Part shown: positions 26,501 to 34,360 of the stretch, one piece after another
Layout of the letters: each line of letters starts with the position of its first letter
Position numbering within the stretch: position 1 is the first letter of the stretch
DNA from: an uncultured Anaerolinea sp.
GTDB lineage: Bacteria > Chloroflexota > Anaerolineae > JAAEKA01
NCBI GenBank assembly: GCA_964626845.1
Contig: CAZVGR010000005.1
Location: 36,557-100,556, forward strand
Length of the DNA: 64,000 bases
Direction: 5' to 3'
Notes under the pieces: generated by a model
What the model saw: only the letters and a program-made list of their open reading frames with translations
Told to the model about the DNA's origin: nothing
Databases searched by the model: none
Program-made: the position numbers and the translations under genes

Positions 26501-28982
26501 GGCTGTTGGGGACATAGCTGGTATTGGCCGGGATGACGTCGGTCAGCACGGTATTAGTCGCGACCTCGTTGCCCAGGTTGCCATAGCGCAGGCGATAGAG
26601 CATCAGCTCGCCAGGCAGCGCGGGAATGGTGGTAGGAAAGGCGTTCTTTTGCACGTACACATCGGCCCCAGCCTGCGCGCTGAGCACCAGTGTCGATATG
26701 TTATCGGCCGGATCCAGGTCCAGTTCAGCGCTGGTGACCTCGGCCGTGTTGGTGATCAGCGTGACGCCAGGGGGCAGCGTGTCAGTCACCGTGGCGGTGT
26801 AGCGCAGATAGCCGGCTGCGCCCGGCGGCATATTGGGCAGGTTGAGGAGCAACTGCTTGATGGCGCTGTTGTAGGTCGCCGTCACCGGATAAGTAGTGCC
26901 TCCCACCACTAACACGGCAGAGCCGGGGACGTAGGTGGTGTTGCTGTCCAAAGTATCGGTGATGCGCACGCCGGTGGCGATGGCGCCGCCCCGGTTGTCG
27001 CCGATGTAGGTGTAGGTGATGGTGCTGCTGGCTGCAATCGGCACCGAGTCAGCCGTGGCGCTCTTGAAGATCGTCAGATCAGGACGGGCCAACACCTGGG
27101 TGGTGGCGATACGCTGGTTGTTGGTCAGGTCAGCTTCCAGGCTGGTGGTTGTGGCACGCGCCAGGTTGCTCAGCGTTGTAAGGCCATAGGGCATCGGGAT
27201 GGCGACGCGCGCGTTGAGGGTGAACACCTTTTGTTCGCCGATGGCCAGATTGCCCAAAGACCACCTCAGCGTGTTGGTGGGATTCTCAGTGGGCGTTATG
27301 CCGCTGGTGTCGCTGACATAGGCGGTGTAGCTGGGCAGCACGTCGGTCAGGATGACGCTGTTGGCGATCAGGCTGCCCTGGTTGCGCACGGTCAGGGTGT
27401 AGCTGATCAGCTCGTCAGGATAGACCAGGGTGCGGTTCGCGGTCTTCAGCACCAGCAGATCGGCCGTGGCCAGAGCCAGGTTCTGCGTGTTGTTGCACGC
27501 CGTCAGCGTTGGCGTTGCGGTCTGGGTCTGATAGTTCGTCTTGCTGGCGCGCACCGTGGCCGCCCCCGTGCGCAGCAGCTTGCTGGGCGTGCTGCTGAAG
27601 CTATACGCGCCGCCGCTGCCAGAAGTGGTCTCCCAGCGTGTGCCGACCGAATCGGTCAGAACCACAGTAGCGCCGACAATCGGCACACCCGTGCCCTGGT
27701 CGGTCACCACGCCGCTCAGCAGAGTTGGCGCCAGGGCCACGTTCTGGACATTGATGACCCCTTCAACCACGGCTGTGCTCAACGTCTTGGGGCAATAGCC
27801 AGTGGTGGAAACCTTCATCGACACCGGGCCGGCGTTGATGGGATTCTCAGTGCTGGCCGTGAACGAGTAGATGCCAGTCGTCTCGACAGCAACCGTGCTG
27901 TAGCTGTGCCTGGGCGTGCCAGTGTCAGTGATGACCACGGTGGCGCCGGGCAGAGGCGTGCTGCTGGTCTGGTCGGTCACCTGGCCGCGCAAAATGGTCG
28001 GCAGATTCTTGGCCGTAACCGTCAGGTTGCGGATCTCGTGATAGTTGGTGGAGCCGCCAGTGGAGGCCGCAAAGCCCATCTTCAGCGTTTCGGGGGGAGC
28101 ATTCGGCAGCAGATAAGACCCTATAATCGTCTGCAGCGCACCGGTGGCCCCGAACTGAATCTTGACCATGATGGTGTAGCTGCCCGTGCCAGTGGGCGTG
28201 ACGTCGATCTGGATCTTGCGATAGCCCGCGCCATTGATGTCAGGCCGGGTGGTCACGTTGGGCACGTCCAGCCGTTGTGAGGCTTGCACGCCCGTCAGGT
28301 AGACATAGCCGCTCATCCCGTTGCCCGGACCGCGCACCACCACGGCGCGCCCAACCCGGCCTGGCCCGCCGATGCGGCCCTCGGTCGGGTTGGAGAAGTT
28401 GCCGAATTCGTCGATGCCGATGCCCACATAACCGCTGGAGAGACCGTTGAAGCCAGAGCGCTGGGCATAACCCAACGAGCCGCCATAGCCGCCAATGTTG
28501 AAGCTTTGCTGGCCCGGTTCGCCCACATTGCCATCATAAAGAAAGAAGGTCAGGCCATCAGCGCCGGTGCCGCCCCAGCTCATATACTCAAAGGTGATCG
28601 CCAGGCCATTGGTCGACTCGAAAGACCGGTCGTAAATCGCATAGCCCTTTTTGTTGTACTCCTTGGTGGTCAGACGCAGCCAGCCATCGCCGTTGGGGTC
28701 CACGCCGGTCAGAGCCGTCAAGGAGGCATCGTCGCCGAGAATCCAGCCGTCGGCGAGGGTGCTATAACGAAACGACTCGGTGATCGGGAACGTGGCGGTC
28801 GGCGCCCGATGCTCGGCCGCGCTGACCGGCGGCTGGCCCTGCTGCAAGCTGCCGGCCGCAGCCGGCTGGCTGAAAGCCAGCGATAGCCATAAAGCGGCCA
28901 GCAAAGCGCCGCTGAGCAACAGACCGGTAGCCAGCAGAGCTACTGGCAGCGGGTGGCGAGAGTTGTGAGTCGTGTTCATCAT
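23505..28982 (-). CDS. Giant secreted/cell-surface protein: N-terminal L-type (legume-like) lectin domain, carboxypeptidase-regulatory-like and multiple DUF11/TIGR01451 repeats, PKD-like domain, two tandem ~95-aa C-terminal repeats, hydrophobic + basic C-terminal tail
   Basis: 1825 aa. Signal peptide. Lectin-like GWLRLTTKEYNKKGYAIY...GLAITFEY...ADGLTFFLYDG. DUF11 repeats (e.g. LLVLKTANRTLVYPDELISYTLTVRNQGSLIANSVILTDVLP). PKD-like FSMLPL...YTAVVTARDG. Tandem repeats WETASELDNRGFYLLRS / WQTASELDNQGFHLLRS. C-term PAWLPALALLAAAAGASRLARQRLRD. Confidence 0.85.
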   Translation of the reverse strand: MMNTTHNSRHPLPVALLATGLLLSGALLAALWLSLAFSQPAAAGSLQQGQPPVSAAEHRAPTATFPITESFRYSTLADGWILGDDASLTALTGVDPNGDGWLRLTTKEYNKKGYAIYDRSFESTNGLAITFEYMSWGGTGADGLTFFLYDGNVGEPGQQSFNIGGYGGSLGYAQRSGFNGLSSGYVGIGIDEFGNFSNPTEGRIGGPGRVGRAVVVRGPGNGMSGYVYLTGVQASQRLDVPNVTTRPDINGAGYRKIQIDVTPTGTGSYTIMVKIQFGATGALQTIIGSYLLPNAPPETLKMGFAASTGGSTNYHEIRNLTVTAKNLPTILRGQVTDQTSSTPLPGATVVITDTGTPRHSYSTVAVETTGIYSFTASTENPINAGPVSMKVSTTGYCPKTLSTAVVEGVINVQNVALAPTLLSGVVTDQGTGVPIVGATVVLTDSVGTRWETTSGSGGAYSFSSTPSKLLRTGAATVRASKTNYQTQTATPTLTACNNTQNLALATADLLVLKTANRTLVYPDELISYTLTVRNQGSLIANSVILTDVLPSYTAYVSDTSGITPTENPTNTLRWSLGNLAIGEQKVFTLNARVAIPMPYGLTTLSNLARATTTSLEADLTNNQRIATTQVLARPDLTIFKSATADSVPIAASSTITYTYIGDNRGGAIATGVRITDTLDSNTTYVPGSAVLVVGGTTYPVTATYNSAIKQLLLNLPNMPPGAAGYLRYTATVTDTLPPGVTLITNTAEVTSAELDLDPADNISTLVLSAQAGADVYVQKNAFPTTIPALPGELMLYRLRYGNLGNEVATNTVLTDVIPANTSYVPNSLKQNGSPVTDGDDEDQGQYISASRVISFSLGDLAAGASGVISFTVRITDVLPAGVEQISNTAYITSSVGDPVLADNQSTAVMAVNAQPDLVIRKSHSGTYFEANQTVRYTLTYSNTGSQVASGVLITDTLDPRMTYVESAPPGIHAAGVVTWTLGEVAVDGPHAIVLTATVDASASGELTINRVEIDDDGAGGPDPDPSTNSAEDIVRIARPILVLEKSVAGQSYVSGQITYTIVYRNDGPVAARSVVISDVIPANTTLVAGSISGGGSANGGKVTWNLGNLGVGATGQVSFAVTVGVGAGGASQSAPTASSESASGSLVLTSTVKSVSSPWCFSAGCSTILGYWGDANPVGPAGWTSNPQLDGPIFDDSLWETVKPPATTEPYWLPAATLGAEWVAVEPEPQIDRNYSFFRQYFYLPPNARGFQASLQTASDDIVDIYVNGRYMATQYGAGHAAATDVSSAVLAGVNLLALRLTGSTHGGHPEYGGKDHPALLYRLEASFSRSVPFVTAPSITLEDEEVTFSMLPLLRGKLPFSYTISFGDNQSASYTTNTSIEHTYSTPGVYTAVVTARDGLGSLATDSHTITVLASGSNLLTNRATTSYQNGYAISYSGESGAGSVLQPVINIPLKISGTPNPVKQGNLITHTIVITNNGPTAASPIVSDTLPEELGSVTWQCVASSGSSCTTPSGSNGFSQTLTLQPGGIITITVVGTVAPTAGPADLVMMAEIIPPSGYTNLAEGLDVYTTPIIVGPTAVTMVSFAAERKMDHILVEWETASELDNRGFYLLRSTSSQGPPQSLAYIPSQSTGSPAGFMYEYKDYDVISGVTYWYWLEALDTDGSTQSFGPVSALFQTPLAVTLEMLSAVSQPDRVQIQWQTASELDNQGFHLLRSDASQGGQHLLAFIPAQSPGASGGFFYAYDDLDVLPGETYWYWLEAVALDGSVQRFGPVSARFDAPTAVVWSSFHAAAQTGAPAWLPALALLAAAAGASRLARQRLRD

Positions 28983-29049
28983 GATGTCGATCCTTAGCTG
29001 GTATCTGGGTGGGTAACTGACGGCGAGTAGAATGACGGGCTGTTACGCG

Positions 29050-29112
29050 GTTACTACTCAGGTGCCGGGCACTTGCACCCCAAGTGCCCGGCACCTGGGC
29101 CTGAGTAGTAAC
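29050..29112. mobile_element. MITE-like element family 1 (63 bp, minimal copy: TIRs GTTACTACTCAGGTGCCGGGCACTTG / CAAGTGCCCGGCACCTG-GGC-CTGAGTAGTAAC) with perfect 8-bp TSD GTTACGCG
   Basis: Direct repeats GTTACGCG at 29042-29049 and 29113-29120. Lies in the divergent promoter region between the surface-giant gene and the phosphoesterase gene. Confidence 0.8.
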
Positions 29113-29340
29113 GTTACGCGTAGATATTCAAGCTACTGACCAGCATCCAACAGCCTGCTGGCTGTCCAGTTTTGCGAGCAAGTCCTGGCAATTCGCTTGA
29201 AAGATACATCACAAGTATAAAGACTCCCAGGCGTCAAAGTCAATAGGACATTAGTACCATCTACTGTATCGAGGACTGGCGCTATTTCATCATGAAATTC
29301 CGGAATCGAGCCAGATGCCCATACGCTGGGCGGCGATCCC

Positions 29341-29369
29341 TTGCGCAATGACCGCAACAGGGCTATAAT
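29341..29369 (+). promoter_or_regulatory. Sigma-70-like promoter TTGCGC-N17-TATAAT upstream of metallophosphoesterase gene
   Basis: TTGCGC 29341-29346, 17-nt spacer, TATAAT 29364-29369. ~80 nt upstream of ATG 29451. Local AT-rich context. Confidence 0.5.
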
Positions 29370-29450
29370 GGCCGCAGTTGCACAGCAGACCATGACAGGA
29401 GGAGCCAGAGCGCTTGAGGCGGCAGCGCCTGACGTTCCGGAGAACTCTCA

Positions 29451-30446
29451 ATGACCAACTACAATGCCACAGTGGCCAGACGCCTGGCCGAAGTCCATGC
29501 CAACGCCACGGTCGACGATGGTCGCGAGCTGGCCGATCTGCGCCTGATCATCTTTTCTGACTTGCACAAAGGCCAGCGCGATGGCGCCGACGACTTCCAG
29601 CCCTGCGAGCAGACCTACCTGGCCGCGCTGGCCCAGTACTGGCAGCAGGGCTTCGAGCTGTTTCTACTGGGAGACGTGGAGGAGCTGTGGGAGAACTGGC
29701 CCGGTCCTGTGATTCGCGAGTACAGTGCGGTGCTCAACCAGGAGTTGCTCTTTGCTGAGAGTCGCACCCCCGCCCGCTATCTGCGCTTTGTGGGCAACCA
29801 CGATGACCTGTGGTACGACCGCGATCAGGTGCAGCGCCATCTGGACCCCTTTCTGGCCGGCCAGCCAGTGATCGAGGGCCTGCGTTTGACGGTACACGAA
29901 CAAGGGCAAGAACTGGGCGAGCTGCTCTTCCTGCACGGGCACCAGGGAACCCCCGACTCGGATCGCTTCGCTCGTTTATCTGCGCTTCTTGTCCGCTACA
30001 TCTGGCGCCCCATCCAGCGCGCCTTCAACGTCCGCCTCAATACCCCCAGCGCCAACTTTGAGCTGCGCCAGAAGCATGAGCTGGCCATGTACAGCTACGC
30101 CGCCAGCCAGCCGCGCCTGGTGCTCGTCGCCGGCCACACCCACCATCCCGTCTGGGAGGGCCTGGGCTTCGAGCAGGCCATGCAACAGATGGCGGTGCGA
30201 GGTCTGACGCCCCAGGTCGACCCGGCCTGGCTGAACGAGCAGATGGCCGAGGCTGTGGCGCTGCCCGGCCGCAAGCCCAGCTACTTTAACACCGGCTGCT
30301 GCGCCTACGTCGATGGCTCCATCACCGGCATCGAGATCGCCGACGGCGAGATTCGCCTGGTGCGCTGGATCGCAGCCGCCCAGCCCACACGCACAGTGCT
30401 CTTCAGCGCGGCGCTGCGCGATGTCTTGGCTGCAGTGGCCGGATAA
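29451..30446 (+). CDS. Calcineurin-like metallophosphoesterase
   Basis: Motifs IFSDLHKG, GDVEELW, GNHDD, HGHQG, GHTHH in canonical order. Confidence 0.8.
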   Translation: MTNYNATVARRLAEVHANATVDDGRELADLRLIIFSDLHKGQRDGADDFQPCEQTYLAALAQYWQQGFELFLLGDVEELWENWPGPVIREYSAVLNQELLFAESRTPARYLRFVGNHDDLWYDRDQVQRHLDPFLAGQPVIEGLRLTVHEQGQELGELLFLHGHQGTPDSDRFARLSALLVRYIWRPIQRAFNVRLNTPSANFELRQKHELAMYSYAASQPRLVLVAGHTHHPVWEGLGFEQAMQQMAVRGLTPQVDPAWLNEQMAEAVALPGRKPSYFNTGCCAYVDGSITGIEIADGEIRLVRWIAAAQPTRTVLFSAALRDVLAAVAG

Positions 30447-30448
30447 TC

Positions 30449-30590
30449 GTAACTGCTCAGCCGGCCGGTCAGAAACCGGGTTTTTCTCGTTGGGCAATGA
30501 TTTCTGAGTTTGCAAACGCATTGCTCGGGGCTATGATAGCCGCCTCCGCAGCAAAAACCCGGTTTCTCTAAGCCCAGCCTGAGCAGTAAC
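30449..30590. mobile_element. MITE-like element, family 2 (142 bp) with perfect 8-bp TSD GGATAATC, which includes the phosphoesterase stop codon
   Basis: Near-identical to the copy at 1390-1530 (a few substitutions and one extra T). TSD at 30441-30448 and 30591-30598. Confidence 0.8.
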
Positions 30591-30617
30591 GGATAATCAA
30601 CGACAACGCGCGCAGCT

Positions 30618-30646
30618 TTGCGCTTTTGCCCGCTGTAACTTATAAT
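30618..30646 (+). promoter_or_regulatory. Sigma-70-like promoter TTGCGC-N17-TATAAT upstream of Ala/Gly-rich protein gene
   Basis: TTGCGC 30618-30623, 17-nt spacer, TATAAT 30641-30646. Same hexamers as the promoter at 29341. Confidence 0.45.
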
Positions 30647-30760
30647 GCAGTGCGTCATAAACGTAACAAACCCTGGCGCTGAAGCGCGGCCAGGCATCCC
30701 GAATTCGTAACCAAACCAGGCTATTCTCCCCAGCATAGCCATTTCCTCGGAGACAATCCC

Positions 30761-31438
30761 ATGAGCGAACAAGAGACCTCCGCCCCCCAAGGCGTAATGG
30801 CCGAGCGACTGCGCAAGGCCAAGGAACTGACCGACATGACCGTGCAGGGCGCACGCTCCACGGTGGACAGCGTGGCGGGCATGGCTGCCAGCGAGGCCAG
30901 CGCAACGGCCGAAGCCGCGTCCTCTGCTACCCAGGGCCTGGCCGAGACCCTGGGCGGCGCCACCACCCACGCCATGCAGGGTGTGGCCCACACCACCGGC
31001 GCGGTGGTGGGTGGAGCCAAGGGCACAGCCGGCGGCCTGATCATGGCAGCCCAGATCATGGGCGGCGCTACATTCGATGCCGCCAAGAGCCTGGCCGGCA
31101 GCACAGCCAAAGCGGCCGGCGGCCTGGCTGAGGGCTTCGCCGTGGCGCTGGACGACCAGGCCCAGGGCGCCGAGCAGGTTAAACAGACCGCCAAAGCCTT
31201 CGCCCAGCAAGCCTTCGACGCCACGGCCGGAGTCGGCTTTGGCGCGTTGGGCGGCGCTACCACCGCAACGGGCGCAGTGCTGGGCGGCGTCAAGGGCGCG
31301 GCCGCTGGCACGCTGGAAGGCGCCAAGGAGATCGTCGATGCCGGCGCTGACGTGGCTTACTCGGTGACCAAGGAAGCCAGCAAGGGCGGCACGGAAGTGG
31401 CCCGTCGCGTGCTGCGCCGGCCTGATGACGAGGCGTAA
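30761..31438 (+). CDS. Hypothetical Ala/Gly/Thr-rich low-complexity protein (possible amphipathic-helix stress/coat protein)
   Basis: 225 aa, RBS GGAG 8 nt upstream. Repetitive A/G/T composition with periodic charged residues. The overlapping minus ORF 30305-31459 reads through a MITE and is judged a shadow. Confidence 0.5.
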   Translation: MSEQETSAPQGVMAERLRKAKELTDMTVQGARSTVDSVAGMAASEASATAEAASSATQGLAETLGGATTHAMQGVAHTTGAVVGGAKGTAGGLIMAAQIMGGATFDAAKSLAGSTAKAAGGLAEGFAVALDDQAQGAEQVKQTAKAFAQQAFDATAGVGFGALGGATTATGAVLGGVKGAAAGTLEGAKEIVDAGADVAYSVTKEASKGGTEVARRVLRRPDDEA

Positions 31439-31464
31439 CCCAGGTCCGCTAGACTGCACAGATC

Positions 31465-31579
31465 GTTACTTACTACTCAGCCATAGGTGCCGGGCACTGG
31501 AATCTGCGCCTGCAACGAAGTCTGTGGAGCCGATCTCAGCCGCCCATGAGCTGCAAGTGCCCGGCACCTGAGTAATAAC
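31465..31579. mobile_element. MITE-like element family 1 (115 bp), degenerate TSD (CACAGATC / CACAAAAC, 6/8)
   Basis: Ends GTTACTTACTACTCAG...CCATAGGTGCCGGGCAC and CAAGTGCCCGGCACCTGAGTAATAAC. Left arm carries a 6-nt insertion (CCATAG), as in the 57119 copy. Confidence 0.7.
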
Positions 31580-31590
31580 CACAAAACAAC

Positions 31591-31626
31591 AAAAGAACCC
31601 TCGCCGCGGCGAGGGTTCTTTTGTTG
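31591..31626. terminator. Bidirectional Rho-independent terminator (GAACCCTCGCC-GC-GGCGAGGGTTC followed by TTTTGTTG, preceded by AAAA)
   Basis: 11-bp perfect GC-rich stem, 2-nt loop, T-tract. Sits between convergent genes 30761-31438 (+) and 31631-31999 (-). Confidence 0.75.
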
Positions 31627-31630
31627 TCCG

Positions 31631-31999
31631 TCATTCCTCGGTGTTCATCAAGCCTTGGCCTGCATCCAACACATGAAAGACGTGACTGGCGACCGGTTGC
31701 CCGCCCAGGATGTGTTCGTCCACGATGCGGTCGATCAACGCCTCGTCCACATGATGGTACCAAACGCCGTCAGGGTAGACCACGAGGAGCGGCCCGCGCA
31801 TGCAGACGCCGACGCAGGGCGTCAGGCTGACCTTGACCCGTTGCGGGTTCAGGTAGTCGCCCAGCGCGCCGAGGCGCCTGCTCAGGTAAAGATCCAGGCG
31901 GCGGGCCTTCTGCTCAGGGTCACAGTGGTCGCTGTACTCGCCGGTGCAGATGAAGATGTGGCGGCTGTAGGGCGCCAGGTAGGGGGCGTCGTCGTCCAT
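31631..31999 (-). CDS. Thioredoxin-like [2Fe-2S] ferredoxin
   Basis: Start MDDDAPY at 31999 (the track ORF is extended upstream). Cys ligand pattern [11 protein letters not shown]...[11 protein letters not shown] typical of thioredoxin-like 2Fe-2S ferredoxins (NuoE-like). Confidence 0.7.
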   Translation of the reverse strand: MDDDAPYLAPYSRHIFICTGEYSDHCDPEQKARRLDLYLSRRLGALGDYLNPQRVKVSLTPCVGVCMRGPLLVVYPDGVWYHHVDEALIDRIVDEHILGGQPVASHVFHVLDAGQGLMNTEE

Positions 32000-32142
32000 G
32001 GCGTTGTCTCGGGGTGGTTGTGGGCTTAGGCGGGCTCGGTCAGGAGACCGGCCCGAGCAATGCGAAGTGCGGGCTCGGTCGGCCCCATCCGGGGTGCTTC
32101 GCAAAGACCGGCCCGAGCGACCAGGAGACCCGGTCTGAGCAG

Positions 32143-32982
32143 TCAGGCATGACGGGCCAGGTGGCGCGCCACCGACTCGTCCATGCTCAGCTCGCCGGCC
32201 AGCACGGGCGCCTCGTAGTCCAGCGCCCACTGGAAAAGCTGCGAGCGGGACAGGCGCAGCTCTTGCAGCATCAGGCGGGCCAGCGCGCCGCCGTCGCTCA
32301 GAAAGCCTGTATCCAGGTAGTCCTGCTCGGTCTGCTGGCGGTCATAGGCCACGCGCACGATCTCGGCCTGCCAGCCGCCGCGCCGCCAGGTGAGCCGGCC
32401 GTAGCTGGCCCGCGGGTCGCCGTCGAAGGGCATGCCCACCGCGCCCACGTTGACCACCAGCGTGCCGTCCACGCGGCGCACCAGCGGCACGTGGGTGTGG
32501 CCCACCACCAGCAGCGGCGCATGGGGCCGGCCGACCTGCACGCGCAGCACGTGATCAGGGGTTTCGGGGAAGACGCCGTCGCGTGTGCCGCGCATCGAGG
32601 CATGGACGACGCGCGCCTCGCTGCCGTCGGGCGCCAGAAGGGTCTGGCTGAAGGGCAATGCGTACAGCGTGGCCATCTGGCCGTTGAGCCGTTGGTAGGT
32701 CCAGTAGGAGCTCTGGAAGATCTCGAAGCGCGGGCCGCTGCGCGCAGCTTCCGGCTGGGCCTGATGCAGCACATATTCTTCGTGGTTGCCCAGCAGCAGC
32801 CGCCAGCCGGCCGCGCGCTGCCGCTCCTCGACCAAACGCAGGCACTCGTCTGGCCGCGGCCCGCGGTTGACGGTATCGCCAGCCACCACGACGGCGTCTG
32901 GCCGCCACGCGTCGATGCTCTCCAACACAGCGAGCAGCGCGGGCAAGTTAGCATGGATGTCGGCAAGAACGGCAAGTTTCAT
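32143..32982 (-). CDS. Metallophosphoesterase (ApaH/YfcE-like phosphoesterase family)
   Basis: [21 protein letters not shown] motifs. Confidence 0.8.
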   Translation of the reverse strand: MKLAVLADIHANLPALLAVLESIDAWRPDAVVVAGDTVNRGPRPDECLRLVEERQRAAGWRLLLGNHEEYVLHQAQPEAARSGPRFEIFQSSYWTYQRLNGQMATLYALPFSQTLLAPDGSEARVVHASMRGTRDGVFPETPDHVLRVQVGRPHAPLLVVGHTHVPLVRRVDGTLVVNVGAVGMPFDGDPRASYGRLTWRRGGWQAEIVRVAYDRQQTEQDYLDTGFLSDGGALARLMLQELRLSRSQLFQWALDYEAPVLAGELSMDESVARHLARHA

Positions 32983-33244
32983 GGTTGGCGCTGAATCAAA
33001 GAGACGAGCGGCCTGGCAGGGCCGCTCGCATGATCAAACGGTTAGGGCGAGTATAGCGCGTTGGGGAGAGATGTCAAGCCTCAGGGACTGTTTGAAAAGC
33101 CCCGGACCGGTGGTTGGAAACCGACCGGCTGACAGCACAAAGGCCCCTCAGGGCCTGGAATCCAGCGGCTGAGGCCGCTTCGTACTTTCAGCCAGATGGT
33201 TTCAACCTCTGATTCCGATGCTGCCGGGCTTTTCAAACAGCTTC

Positions 33245-33760
33245 TTAGGGCTGGCGCACCTCGGCCTCGACCGTCAACGTGGCGCCGCTGGCAAATTGGA
33301 GCGTCAGCGGGAACTTGTCGCCCACGTTCAGGTCGCGGGTCAGGCCGATCAGCATGACGTGCAGGCCGCCGGGCCGCAGCTCGACCTGGCCGCCGGCCGG
33401 CACCTCGATGCCGCCCTGGACCTCGGCCATGCGCATCACGTCCCCTTCCATCTTTGTCTCGTGGATCTCGATGGCGTTGGACACATCCGCCTGGGCAGCC
33501 ACCAGCCGGTCGGCCGCGGCGCTGCCGTTGGCCAGCACCATGTAGACCGCGCTGTTGGCGCCGCCGTGCTGCATCTGCTGGCTGTCGCCCTCCATCGGCA
33601 TGCTGCCCATCATCTTGGCCGGCCTGGCCCAGACGTTCTGGGCGGTGACGCCCTGGCTGGCCGCCGGCGCCGGCGGCGGCTGGGTGCAGGCTGTGGCCGC
33701 CAGCAACAGGACCATGATTGCTGCCAGCAGCAAGTAGACGCGTGCGTTGCGATACTGCAT
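33245..33760 (-). CDS. Periplasmic copper chaperone PCu(A)C-like lipoprotein (DUF461)
   Basis: Lipobox LLAATAC. Conserved H-x-M-rich copper site IEIHETKMEGDVMRMAE. Met/His-rich insert GSMPMEGDSQQMQHGG. Confidence 0.7.
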   Translation of the reverse strand: MQYRNARVYLLLAAIMVLLLAATACTQPPPAPAASQGVTAQNVWARPAKMMGSMPMEGDSQQMQHGGANSAVYMVLANGSAAADRLVAAQADVSNAIEIHETKMEGDVMRMAEVQGGIEVPAGGQVELRPGGLHVMLIGLTRDLNVGDKFPLTLQFASGATLTVEAEVRQP

Positions 33761-33772
33761 AGTGGTTCTCCT

Positions 33773-34318
33773 CTAGAAGTGCATGGATGTGCGGACAAAG
33801 GCCAGCGCCCCGTCCAAATCGACTATCTCACCGCCGAAACCAGCCTGAAAGCGCTGGGCGTCAGCCAGAGCCTCGAAGGCCAGCACGGTGGGCGTGCAAC
33901 AGATGGCAATCTCCGGCGCAGCCAGGTAGGCGGCGCTGCGTCCGTTGACGGTCCGGCCAAAGAGAAAATCGGTCACCAGGATGCTGGTAATCGCCTCGGC
34001 GCTGCGGGCCAGCGCCATCAAGCCGCAGTGGGGACAGCAAGCCAGGCGCTGGCTGCCATCGCTCCAGTGCAGGACGACCTGAGTGCGCGGGTTGAGCGAG
34101 CCATAACAGGCCAGGCAGCGCTCGCCGGCCGGCGCTGGCTCTGCGGGCACGGCGCCGCCGCGCACCTTGCGCAGCCGGCCGGCCTGGGCCAGTTGGTCCA
34201 GATCGCGGTGGATGGTCATGGTCGACACACCTAGCGTGTGAGCCAGATCGTCGATGCCAACCGCTCCCTGGTCGGCCAAGCGATCCAGAATATGGCGTTG
34301 ACGGTGGTCAGGGTTCAT
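33773..34318 (-). CDS. DeoR-type HTH transcriptional regulator fused to a C-terminal TRASH-like metal-binding domain (C-x2-C-x22-C-x3-C)
   Basis: Likely start ATG 34318 (MNPDHRQRHILDRLADQG...). The track's GTG at 34348 adds 10 aa. HTH GIDDLAHTLGVSTMTIHRDLDQL. TRASH-like CLACYGSLNPRTQVVLHWSDGSQRLACCPHCG. Confidence 0.65.
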   Translation of the reverse strand: MNPDHRQRHILDRLADQGAVGIDDLAHTLGVSTMTIHRDLDQLAQAGRLRKVRGGAVPAEPAPAGERCLACYGSLNPRTQVVLHWSDGSQRLACCPHCGLMALARSAEAITSILVTDFLFGRTVNGRSAAYLAAPEIAICCTPTVLAFEALADAQRFQAGFGGEIVDLDGALAFVRTSMHF

Positions 34319-34360
34319 GGGTTGTGCGATTCCATGTGATATCAACACAGATTTCGCAAC

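Noticed and set aside
24198-28886. Several 200-450-aa + strand ORFs inside the surface-giant gene (24198-25550, 26013-26912, 27231-28280, 28284-28886)
   Set aside because: Antisense shadows of the 1825-aa minus-strand gene.
30305-31459. 384-aa minus-strand ORF overlapping the Ala/Gly-rich gene and MITE copy 30449-30590
   Set aside because: It reads through a mobile-element copy; its C-terminus is the same repeat-derived peptide as spurious ORF 1410-1628. The plus-strand ORF has a RBS, a promoter and a terminator.
32014-34234. + strand ORFs 32014-32994 and 33218-34234
   Set aside because: Antisense shadows of the metallophosphoesterase and the PCuAC/DeoR-TRASH genes.
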